59,802 nucleotides of DNA, taken from the NCBI GenBank assembly GCA_036479435.1, contig JAZGFI010000018.1, positions 1-59,802 of the forward strand. Direction: 5' to 3'. The notes beneath the pieces were generated by a model. That model saw only the letters and a program-made list of their open reading frames with translations, had not been told where the DNA came from and searched no databases. Source of the DNA: Planctomycetota bacterium. GTDB lineage: Bacteria > Planctomycetota > GCA-002687715 > DRQF01. Position numbers and translations under genes: made by a program. Shown piece after piece: positions 9,152 to 17,548 of the stretch (positions are counted from its first letter, which is position 1; each line of letters opens with the position of its first letter).

Positions 9152-10540
9152 ATGATCGCGATGAGTCTTCAGGAGCTAGCTGGTGTTGTCGCGGGCGAGT
9201 GCCCGTCGGCCGCAGCTGAGGTCCGTGTAGACTCGATGTCGACGGACACCCGCGCGCTGCGACCTGGCGATTTGTTCTTGGCGCTCGACGGCGAGAGCTT
9301 TCGAGGCGCCGACTTCAGCGCGGCGGCCTTCAAGGCCGGAGCCGTGGCCGTGGTCGCGGTGATGGATAAAAGCGAGGCCGAATCCGCCGATGGTCCGGTG
9401 GTGCGGGTCCGGGACGCTCTAGAAGCGCTCACCAAGTTGGCGCAGTTTGTACGTAGCAAGTTGTCGGCCAAGGTGGTCGCCATCACTGGATCGGTGGGTA
9501 AGACCACGACGAAAGACGCCCTGGCGTCGATCCTGTCGGATCGATTTAAGGTCGTCGCGTCCCCGGCGAGCTTCAACAACCGCATCGGCGTCCCCTTGAC
9601 GATTCTTGAGGCCGACCAGAACACCGAAGTCCTTATCTTGGAGATCGGCGCCAGCTTGCCCGGCGAAATTGCCGCTCTGGCGAAATTGGCTCGGCCCGAC
9701 GTCGCAGTGATCACCGCCGTTGCCGCGGCGCACCTTGAAGGATTCGGCGACTTGGCGACCGTCTTTGCCGAAAAGATCTCCCTGGGCGTTGCCCTCGCTG
9801 AAGACGGTCTGTTCTTGGTGAACGGCGACGATGAAAACCTCCGTGGCGAATTCCCGCGGCCGATGCAACGTTACGGATTTGGCCAGGGTCTTGAATGGCC
9901 AGGTTTCCCCGCTCCAAGCGGTGACGGGCAGCTTGCCTTTAGAACGAGTGCCCAGGGCCCAGTTATCTACGCGGCTTTGCTTGGTGAACACAACCTGCAA
10001 AATTTGCTGGCTGCGGTTAGCGTCGCTATCTACCTCGGGATGAGCGAAACCGAAATCGCGCAAGCCGCTGCCAACATCAAAGCGCCACGCTGGCGGATGG
10101 AGCTTCGGCGTGTGCGCGGCGCCGAGATCTTGCTCGACTGCTACAACGCGAACCCGCACTCGATGCGCGCGGCCCTTACCACCCTTGCCCGCCGCCCCGC
10201 AGGTGCCCGGCGTTTAGCCATCCTCGGCGACATGGCCGAATTGGGAACGGACGCGGCGGTACAACACCTCGAACTCAAAGACGCCGTGGCGATGAGCAAA
10301 GTGGCCAAGGCGTTGCTAGTGGGGCCGTTGATGTCCGCCGCAAAGTCGGCGTTCGCGAATGCCGCTTCGAATACCGTTTTTGAATGCTGCAAGGATGCGG
10401 CGCAGGCTGCTTTGTGGTTGCAACATGAATTGCGACCCGGCGACCTTGTTTTGGTCAAGGGATCGCGCGCGATGCGTCTTGAGCGAGTCGTCGCAGGAAT
10501 TAGCGACGGCGAGCCCCGGAAAAGGGGGACTTTAGCATGA
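9152..10540 (+). CDS. murF: UDP-MurNAc-tripeptide:D-Ala-D-Ala ligase
   Basis: ITGSVGKTTTK, FNNRIGVP, DCYNANP, LGDMAELG, VKGSR. Confidence 0.96.
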   Translation: MIAMSLQELAGVVAGECPSAAAEVRVDSMSTDTRALRPGDLFLALDGESFRGADFSAAAFKAGAVAVVAVMDKSEAESADGPVVRVRDALEALTKLAQFVRSKLSAKVVAITGSVGKTTTKDALASILSDRFKVVASPASFNNRIGVPLTILEADQNTEVLILEIGASLPGEIAALAKLARPDVAVITAVAAAHLEGFGDLATVFAEKISLGVALAEDGLFLVNGDDENLRGEFPRPMQRYGFGQGLEWPGFPAPSGDGQLAFRTSAQGPVIYAALLGEHNLQNLLAAVSVAIYLGMSETEIAQAAANIKAPRWRMELRRVRGAEILLDCYNANPHSMRAALTTLARRPAGARRLAILGDMAELGTDAAVQHLELKDAVAMSKVAKALLVGPLMSAAKSAFANAASNTVFECCKDAAQAALWLQHELRPGDLVLVKGSRAMRLERVVAGISDGEPRKRGTLA

Positions 10541-11718
10541 CTCCCGCTCTCCGCGCGCGACAAAGCGCCACGATTGTCGTGGTTAGCTCCATCGTCTTAG
10601 CGCTCATCGGCATGTTGGCCATCTACAGCGTTACCGCCGTCAGTGCGATTCGAAACGGTCATGTGCTCTCCCAAACTTTTGTTGGGCAGTGTCTACGATT
10701 TTTGGTGGCCGCAACCGCCTGTTTCTTCGTCGCTCGCATGGACTACCGCCGGCTTGCCGATAAGGGCCGTTGGTGGGTCTTGGCGATTTGGGTTGGCCTC
10801 ATTGCGGTCCTGCTTTTCGGCGTTGACGTCAAAGGCGCCCGGCGATGGATCAGGCCCTTCGGTTTGAACCTTCAAGTGTCTGAGTTCGCCAAGTTGGCGG
10901 TCGTCTTAGGCTGCGCGCAATTCATCCACTTGCGGCGAAACCTTATGGGCAGTTACTTGCGAGGCTTTTTGCCGGCCGTGGCCTGGCTGGGTTTGACCGT
11001 GATTCTCGTCGCGGTCGAGCCCGATTTTGGCACGAGCATGTTTTTGATTTGCCTCGGCTTGCTGTTGTTTTTCCTCGGCGGCATGCGCTTCAAGCACATC
11101 GCAACCACCGGCCTCGTGGTGTTACCGGTGTTCATCTTGTTTATGGTCACGACCTACTCGCACATCTTGCCGCGCCTAAAGAGCCTCCAGTCGGGCGAGC
11201 CGCACCCTCAGGTGCAGCGCGCCTTGAACGCCATGGGGAGCGGCGGCTTGTTCGGGCAGGGCCTCGGGGCGGGGCGGGCCCACCTCGATTTGGTCTGGGA
11301 AGTCGAAACGGACTTCATTTTTGCCTCGATCGCGGAGCAATGTGGACTTATCGGCAGCCTGACGGTTCTGGCCTTGTTTGGCCTGTTGTTTTGGCACGGG
11401 TTTCGAATTGCGCGTCTGGCCCGCGACGACCGTGGCTACCTCATCGCTTTTGGCATCACCTTCATGGTGGCCTTTCAGGCCGGGATCAACGTCTCGGTGG
11501 TGACGGGGCTCGTGCCGCCCAAAGGCATCAGTTTGCCCTTCATTTCCTTCGGCGGCTCCTCGCTACTGACCTTGGGGATTGCTGTAGGGCTTTTGGTCAG
11601 CGTGGCGCGTCAAGTTGGACAAGAAGCCAGCGCTGAAATCGGGGACTACCCCGAAGACGACGAGATCGTCCACAACTACTACTCAAGGCCAAAAGGCGTC
11701 CAGGAGTCACTGGTATGA
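10537..11718 (+). CDS. ftsW: SEDS family peptidoglycan glycosyltransferase FtsW
   Basis: GARRWI, QVSEFAK, EPDFG, TDFIFASIAE, PKGISLPFISFGGSS; dcw position. Confidence 0.92.
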   Translation: MTPALRARQSATIVVVSSIVLALIGMLAIYSVTAVSAIRNGHVLSQTFVGQCLRFLVAATACFFVARMDYRRLADKGRWWVLAIWVGLIAVLLFGVDVKGARRWIRPFGLNLQVSEFAKLAVVLGCAQFIHLRRNLMGSYLRGFLPAVAWLGLTVILVAVEPDFGTSMFLICLGLLLFFLGGMRFKHIATTGLVVLPVFILFMVTTYSHILPRLKSLQSGEPHPQVQRALNAMGSGGLFGQGLGAGRAHLDLVWEVETDFIFASIAEQCGLIGSLTVLALFGLLFWHGFRIARLARDDRGYLIAFGITFMVAFQAGINVSVVTGLVPPKGISLPFISFGGSSLLTLGIAVGLLVSVARQVGQEASAEIGDYPEDDEIVHNYYSRPKGVQESLV

Positions 11719-11966
11719 CTTCGCGAAAAGAAATCGAACTTGAAATGAATGATGCAGGGCCCGGGAGTCGCGGCGCACACGTCCCACCCCAGTTGTCACG
11801 TCGCACACGTGAAACGAACGAGAAATCGGTGAACTTACTAACCCACCTCTTCCCGGCTCTCGGGTCCCCCGCATCCTTCATTCTGCAGTCACATTCAGGG
11901 ATTCTGCAATTCGCGACCTTGAGTGGTCGAGCCTGCGCCGCAGCAAACAGGGGAGACCTGCTATGA
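11715..11966 (+). other. Doubtful 83-aa ORF at the murG position
   Basis: AGGAG SD at 11702 and ATGA overlaps with both ftsW and lysM, but atypical composition. Confidence 0.25.
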
Positions 11967-12643
11967 ACATCGAGAAATGGGCCATCGGTATCTTAACCGT
12001 GGTGATGGCCGTTTTGTTGGGCATCTCCATCTTCAGCGCGGAGAATCGCGAGAACTATCCGATCCGCGGTGATGGCGACACATCCGGCAAAGGCGGCGCC
12101 GTGCCTCGCAATGCGGGTCCGGGTCAAGGCGGCCGCAGCGTGGAATTCGACGCTGCCCGCAAGTGGGTCTACTCGTCCAAAGACAAGCTGGCGCCGAAAA
12201 AGATCCGGGCGAACGGGGCCGGAAAGAGCGTCCCTCTTAGCGACAACGCCGAGGAGAGAACGAACAGCGTGCGCACGACGAAAGTCGGAGCGAACGAAAC
12301 CTTCAGCCACATTGCCAAACGAATCTGGGGCGATGCCACGCTTTATCGCCCGCTGGTGAAAGCCAACCCGAAACTGAACCCACGCAATCTGCGCGCGGGT
12401 CAGACCGTCATCATTCCGCCGCGGGGTGGACGTTCGGCGGTCAAGAACGTGGCCGTCAAAGACGAGCCCGCACCGAGCGGAAAAGGCCGTTTTCACACCG
12501 TGGCGGCCCATGAAACTCTCGGCGCGATTGCGCGCCGCTACTACCGCTCCGAAAACAAATGGAAGCGGATTTTTGAGGCCAACCGCGATCAACTTCGTAA
12601 TCCGAACGTGGTGAAAAAAGGTCTGGTTCTGCGGATTCCCTAG
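11963..12643 (+). CDS. Membrane-anchored double LysM peptidoglycan-binding protein
   Basis: N-terminal TM; two LysM repeats (KVGANETFSHIAKRIWG...LRAGQTVIIP; HTVAAHETLGAIARRYY...KKGLVLRIP). Confidence 0.9.
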   Translation: MNIEKWAIGILTVVMAVLLGISIFSAENRENYPIRGDGDTSGKGGAVPRNAGPGQGGRSVEFDAARKWVYSSKDKLAPKKIRANGAGKSVPLSDNAEERTNSVRTTKVGANETFSHIAKRIWGDATLYRPLVKANPKLNPRNLRAGQTVIIPPRGGRSAVKNVAVKDEPAPSGKGRFHTVAAHETLGAIARRYYRSENKWKRIFEANRDQLRNPNVVKKGLVLRIP

Positions 12644-12972
12644 AGCGCGATTTGTGCGCGCCTTTTACTAATCAAAGCCGTCGGAGGACGGCGCATCGAG
12701 TCTTGCCCCGGTCGTTCCAACGACCCCGAGTCTTTGCATTCCTCCTTTGCTTTGTGCCGACGTCTCGCGCGCTTGCCCGCGCGAGACGAACCCAAGCGCC
12801 GCGTAGCTGCGGCCTGCGACACGAAGCGCGATCAAGCTGAGTCCAAAATCGCGTCGGACTTTGGCCCAGTCGATAACCCGTCCTTGCGTTTGAGTGGCCG
12901 CTCTTACGGTTGCACCCGGGGTCCGCCCTGTGGGTTTCAGCCGAATTGTGCCCCCAGTTTTGGAGATGTCTG

Positions 12973-13392
12973 ATGTTTGAAGTGAAGCCTGAAAGCCGCT
13001 CTGGTTCGGCCCGTGCCTCTTGGTTGCAATGGAGCCGCGACCTGCAGCGGGGCCGCCCTCAAGAACGAGTGAGAGCTCTGCGCAATATTACCCTGTCGCT
13101 CGTGCAGTCCCTCTCGGTTTCTACCGTGTTGCGAGTGCTGGGTGACCCCTGGCACCGCGTGCCGCCGCGGACGACAGAACCGGGTGGGGTGCGACGCGAA
13201 GTCTTGACTTGGCGACACCCCACCGAGAGTCGTACGCATGTCCAAGTGCTGTTCAAAAACGGCCGCTTGGACGCCCTGCATGTCGTCGTCGATGCCGGTG
13301 CTTGTTTGGCGCCGCGCATCTTCGGCGTGCAAGAGTACTGGGAAGAGGGTGATCGCAAATCGGATTGCGAGTTTGAGTTGGCGGCTAGCTGA
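12973..13392 (+). CDS. 139-aa hypothetical protein
   Basis: GGAG SD at 12962, ATG at 12973; VLRVLGDP...EVLTW...VQVLFKNGRL pattern recalls small BLIP/SmpA-like alpha-beta folds. Confidence 0.55.
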   Translation: MFEVKPESRSGSARASWLQWSRDLQRGRPQERVRALRNITLSLVQSLSVSTVLRVLGDPWHRVPPRTTEPGGVRREVLTWRHPTESRTHVQVLFKNGRLDALHVVVDAGACLAPRIFGVQEYWEEGDRKSDCEFELAAS

Positions 13393-13555
13393 AACAGCCT
13401 GCCGCGGCCGGAGTTCAGTCTTAGTTCCCCTTACCGTCAAGGATGGCGCGCCGCGAGAAAGGTCGTTTCGGAAGATGTTGAAAGTAGAGTTAGAAAGAGA
13501 ACGAGAACGTGACCCAAGGCGAGAACGCCCGGCGTTTTTGTCGGCGCGAATAGGG

Positions 13556-14953
13556 ATGAACCCCATGTCGGGTCTTGGCCAAGAGGATCGCAATGCCACC
13601 GCGGCCGTCCATTTTGTGGGCATTGGCGGTATCGGCATGTCGGGTCTCGCTTTGTACGTCAGTGACCGCGGTTGGACCGTCTCCGGCTCCGATCTGGTGG
13701 ACTCGGCTGAGGTGCAGCGCTTGCGAAACGCCGGCGTCGATGTTGCGTTCGGTCACGACACTCAGCATTTGCCTCAGGATGTCGACTTCGTCGTGCGCAG
13801 TGCTGCGGTTCCCGACGAGAATCCAGAAGTCTTGGCCGCGCGCGAGCGCGGCTTGCCGGTCGAAACCTACGCTCGCGCGTTGGGTGCCTTGACCGCTCAT
13901 CGTGCGACGGCAGCGGTTGCGGGCACCCACGGTAAGACGACGACTGCGGCCATGCTCGCCTTGATCTTGGACCGCGCGGGATTAGAACCAGGCGCCGTTA
14001 TTGGCGGTGCTGTTCCTCAGATCGGGGGCAGTGTCCTCTACGGGACTGGGGCTCCCTTCGTCGCCGAAGCATGCGAGTACGCCGAGTCCTTTCTTGACCT
14101 TGAACCACGGCACGCGATCATGGTGAACATTGACGCTGATCATCTCGAATACTACGGCAGCATGGACCGCTTGCGCGCCGCGTTTTCTGCCTTCGCCGCA
14201 AAACTCAACGCGGACGGATTGATCGTTACCACCACCGAGGTCGCGATGGCCCTTGATCTGAGAAGGACGGCGCGGGCACGGGTCCTCACTCTTGGCTCTA
14301 GCAAATGCGATGTGCGCCTCATTGAAGAAGCGGGTGGCTTTCGACTCTTGCATCCCGATGGTCAGTCTTCGGGTTGGCTGCCGGCTCCCTTGCCGGGGCG
14401 GCACAATCTAATCAACGCGGCCTTAGCCGCGGTCATGGCCAAAAAGGGCTATTCGGTCGACCACTGTCAGATCAAGGCCGCATTTGGCGAGTTTCGCGGC
14501 GTCGAACGCCGTTTCGAACGGCTCGTTGATACCGATGCTCTCACTTTGATCGATGACTATGCCCATCATCCCACTGAAGTCGAGGCGACCCTTTTAGCGG
14601 CGCGCGAGTGCTACCCGAATCGCCGTTTAGTTGCCATCTTTCAACCTCACCTTGAAGATCGAACCCGTCGTCATTTTGCCGGATTTTTGAATTCACTGGC
14701 GCTTGCCGATGAGGTCGTGGTGCTAAGGGACTACTTGGTTCAAGGCCGCGATCAGGGGGAGGGGCAGGGCGCGCGAAAGCTGACGGAGGTCTTGAAGACT
14801 CTCGACGTCGACTGTTTTTACGCCGGTGACCGCAACGAGGCCATTGAGCATTTGTTGCCCCGCCAAATCCGAAGCCAAAGTGAAGTCTGGGTGGTGATGG
14901 GCGCGGGTGATATTCGAGAGCTGAGCCGAGACTTACATGCCCGACTTCGCTGA
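13556..14953 (+). CDS. murC: UDP-N-acetylmuramate:L-alanine ligase
   Basis: HFVGIGGIGMSGLA, AGTHGKTTT, EACEY, GVERRFE, DDYAHHPTE, FQPH. Confidence 0.96.
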   Translation: MNPMSGLGQEDRNATAAVHFVGIGGIGMSGLALYVSDRGWTVSGSDLVDSAEVQRLRNAGVDVAFGHDTQHLPQDVDFVVRSAAVPDENPEVLAARERGLPVETYARALGALTAHRATAAVAGTHGKTTTAAMLALILDRAGLEPGAVIGGAVPQIGGSVLYGTGAPFVAEACEYAESFLDLEPRHAIMVNIDADHLEYYGSMDRLRAAFSAFAAKLNADGLIVTTTEVAMALDLRRTARARVLTLGSSKCDVRLIEEAGGFRLLHPDGQSSGWLPAPLPGRHNLINAALAAVMAKKGYSVDHCQIKAAFGEFRGVERRFERLVDTDALTLIDDYAHHPTEVEATLLAARECYPNRRLVAIFQPHLEDRTRRHFAGFLNSLALADEVVVLRDYLVQGRDQGEGQGARKLTEVLKTLDVDCFYAGDRNEAIEHLLPRQIRSQSEVWVVMGAGDIRELSRDLHARLR

Positions 14954-15902
14954 CATCTTGAGCAAAGATGCGGCCATGGCTCCGCTGACTTACTACCGGA
15001 TCGGCGGGACGGCCCGGCGTCTGTATCGTCCGCGATCGCCCGAAGAAGTCGCAGCCCTTCTCGCGGATTTAACTCGCCAGGGCGAGCCTTGGCGCGTGAT
15101 AGGGGGTGGAGCCAACTTGTTGGTTTGCGATGGGATTCACGAAGAGGCCATCATCGCGACGGAGAGTCTTGTCGGTTTGACTTTCGCTGACGAAGGCGAA
15201 GCGGGTGGCGCCGTGTTGGTCCGCGCCGCCGCGGGCGAGAGTTTTCCGCGCTTGGTTGCGACAACCGTGCGCATGGCGCTTGAGGGTTGCGAGGCCTTGG
15301 CCGGCATCCCCGGCCAGGTCGGCGGAATCTGCGCGATGAACGCCGGCGGCCGGCAAGCTGAGTTTGGGGCCGTCGTGGCGGAAGTCGAACTCGTCAGCCC
15401 TGAGGGCGAACGACGGTGTCTGTCGAATCGTGACGGAGAGCGTTCGCTTTCATTTTCTTACCGGCGCTGCGAATTGCCTCCGGGAATAGTGACCGCGGTC
15501 ACGCTGCGCTTGGTTCGAGGCGACCCGGCGAACTTGCGTCGCCGCATGTCCGACATCTTGAGCGCCAAAAAGGCCGCGCAGCCTTTGGGCGTGCCCAGCA
15601 GTGGCTGCATTTTCAAAAACCCCGGGGCTGAGAGCGCCGGTTTGCTGATTGAGCGCCTCGGTTTAAAAGGCGAGCGACGCGGCGACGCCGAGATCTCGCG
15701 CCGCCACGGCAATTTTATCCTGAACCGTGGTGCTGCAAGCAGTTACGACGTATTGACTCTCGTCGAGCTGATCGAAGAACGAGCCCAGAATGAGGCTGGA
15801 GTTGAGCTCGAGCGCGAGATCAAGATCTGGGCGGCGACGTCATCAGATTCGCCGACATCGCTCAAGGGAAACCCCCGACCCTCTTTTGAGTCTGAGCCCT
15901 GA
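14937..15902 (+). CDS. murB: UDP-N-acetylenolpyruvoylglucosamine reductase
   Basis: RIGG, GGGANLL, GIPGQVGG..MNAG, FSYR, SSGCIFKNP, HGNFILN. Confidence 0.95.
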   Translation: MPDFADILSKDAAMAPLTYYRIGGTARRLYRPRSPEEVAALLADLTRQGEPWRVIGGGANLLVCDGIHEEAIIATESLVGLTFADEGEAGGAVLVRAAAGESFPRLVATTVRMALEGCEALAGIPGQVGGICAMNAGGRQAEFGAVVAEVELVSPEGERRCLSNRDGERSLSFSYRRCELPPGIVTAVTLRLVRGDPANLRRRMSDILSAKKAAQPLGVPSSGCIFKNPGAESAGLLIERLGLKGERRGDAEISRRHGNFILNRGAASSYDVLTLVELIEERAQNEAGVELEREIKIWAATSSDSPTSLKGNPRPSFESEP

Positions 15903-15989
15903 GAGATAGTGCAACTTGTCCCCGCAGAGCGATAGCGTCGCGGTGTCACTGGGGGTTCCCGGGGCGCGGCGCCTCACCGTCGCAAACCG

Positions 15990-16152
15990 TTGGGGGCACC
16001 CCAATTGACGAGGAATACGGGCAGCTTGGTGTTGCTTGGTTCCTCGCCTCTTGGTGGGTCCATGAGGACCTGCCAACTTGCCTGAAGGACGAACAGACCC
16101 CTTCGCAGCGATCCGTCGGATCGCGGTCTTTCGCCCTCGAAAAAACCGAAAG
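15990..16152 (+). promoter_or_regulatory. Structured leader (series of hairpins) upstream of orf80
   Basis: Six consecutive predicted stems; the last (CTTTCG 16128-33 / CGAAAG 16147-52) overlaps the SD. Confidence 0.4.
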
Positions 16153-16161
16153 GAAGAACTC

Positions 16162-16404
16162 ATGGACGCTGGAAAATACATCGACCGCCGCCTTCACCCC
16201 GTTCGCCTCGCTATTGGACTCATCAATCACGAGATTGAACTCGCTGGCGGTGAGCCCGTCGTCACGATTGACCGCGAACTGCTCCGCAGCGTGGTCGAAA
16301 CCACGCAGCTGTTTGTCGAAGACTTCGACCGCACTTACGGCAAGATGAAAGAGAAGTCCGGTAAGCACTTCATCAACGCCGCGGCCAACACCAAAGTCGG
16401 CTAA
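16162..16404 (+). CDS. 80-aa hypothetical cytoplasmic protein
   Basis: GAAAGGAAG SD, host-like codon usage, followed by a hairpin terminator. Confidence 0.75.
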   Translation: MDAGKYIDRRLHPVRLAIGLINHEIELAGGEPVVTIDRELLRSVVETTQLFVEDFDRTYGKMKEKSGKHFINAAANTKVG

Positions 16405-16452
16405 GTCAGCCCTTAGGGTGACCGACAAGAACCCCTTCTTCCGCGGTCTTGT

Positions 16453-16485
16453 GGCCTCGCCGACTTGCCCCGGCGAGGCCTTTCT
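16453..16485 (+). terminator. Probable intrinsic terminator after orf80
   Basis: GGCCTCGCCG-8nt-CGGCGAGGCC followed by TTTCT. Confidence 0.55.
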
Positions 16486-16522
16486 CGTGGCACTTTGGCC
16501 GCCTTGGTGCTAGGATCTGGCT

Positions 16523-17539
16523 ATGGGGAAGCGGGTGAAGAAGGTCGAAGCCGCAGGCGACGCTATCGTCTCAAGACGAAGCGTCTCTATGCCGGATGAA
16601 CACCAGCCTGAGGATGTTGATTCTCAAGGCTCATCCGCCGCACCGGCCGCACCGGGCCTCACTCAGATCGTCGTGGTGCTCATTCTTTTTCCCGCCTTGC
16701 TGACCGCCCTGGTTTATCTGGGTGACGCGCTACATGGGTCCGAGCGCTACGAAGTTGATCTGGTCGCCGTCCACTGGAATCCTCCGCCACCATCACGTGC
16801 GATGGCACTCGCCAAGGCCTCTTTGGCCGACCAATCACTGATTGAATTGCGTCGCAGCATCTTTGACCGAGATCTTGGATTTGTGGTCAGGCAGGACTTC
16901 GAGTCCAATCCCTGGGTGCGCCGCGTCGAGTCCGTTCGTCGCATTTTTCCGCGCGGCCTGGAAATCAAGCTCGACTACCGACTTCCCTTTGCGACGGTCG
17001 AGCGCGACGGCGTGTACCTTGTCGCCGACCGCGACGGTGAGCTTTTGCCCATCGAAGGCAGCGAACCGATGTTGCCGTTTCCGATCATCCAGACTCGATC
17101 GGCCGATCCTGACGTCGTCGACAACGAAGACGTCAGCGAAGCCTGGTTTCTCGATGCGGTCCGCGAAGGCGTCGCGGTGCTCCACGATCTCGAACGCGAA
17201 CAAGAGCACGAAGTGTTCGGACGCATTGGCGTGATCGCCATCGACACCAGTAACTTTCAAAACCGCCTCACCGCCAATCGCAGCGAAGTGGTGCTCGTGA
17301 CGAATCGGAGCTGGAGCGATGAGGGTTTAGGGGTGCGCGGCCGTCCGGTCTTAGTGCATTGGGGCCGCAGCAGCAAGCACCGCTACGAGAAAGCCGAAAT
17401 TCCGGTGAAAGTCAAACTGAGGAATTTCCTCGGCATGCTCAATCTGCGGGCGGATCTTCATGGCGTTGACCTGATCGACGTGCGCTATGAAATGCCCTAT
17501 TGGCGCCCCTACATTCGCCCCATCGTTCAGGCCCCTTAG
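16523..17539 (+). CDS. ftsQ: FtsQ/DivIB-like protein (TM + POTRA)
   Basis: Single TM, POTRA-like NPWVRRVESVRRIFPRGLEIKLDYRLP, C-terminal IDVRY; follows murB. Confidence 0.7.
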   Translation: MGKRVKKVEAAGDAIVSRRSVSMPDEHQPEDVDSQGSSAAPAAPGLTQIVVVLILFPALLTALVYLGDALHGSERYEVDLVAVHWNPPPPSRAMALAKASLADQSLIELRRSIFDRDLGFVVRQDFESNPWVRRVESVRRIFPRGLEIKLDYRLPFATVERDGVYLVADRDGELLPIEGSEPMLPFPIIQTRSADPDVVDNEDVSEAWFLDAVREGVAVLHDLEREQEHEVFGRIGVIAIDTSNFQNRLTANRSEVVLVTNRSWSDEGLGVRGRPVLVHWGRSSKHRYEKAEIPVKVKLRNFLGMLNLRADLHGVDLIDVRYEMPYWRPYIRPIVQAP

Positions 17540-17548
17540 GGCGCCCCC

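Noticed and set aside
13238..13555. N-terminal extension of the MurC ORF (ERERER...)
   Set aside because: It overlaps orf139 and the intergenic GAGAAC-rich tract; MurC homology starts at ~13556. Long upstream extensions of the rsmH, ftsI, rplM, exbB and GT2 ORFs were trimmed for the same reason.
15968..16046. glmS ribozyme-like GCGCC...TTGACGAGG
   Set aside because: The downstream UAUCGA...CGGCGG core is absent and no glmS gene follows.
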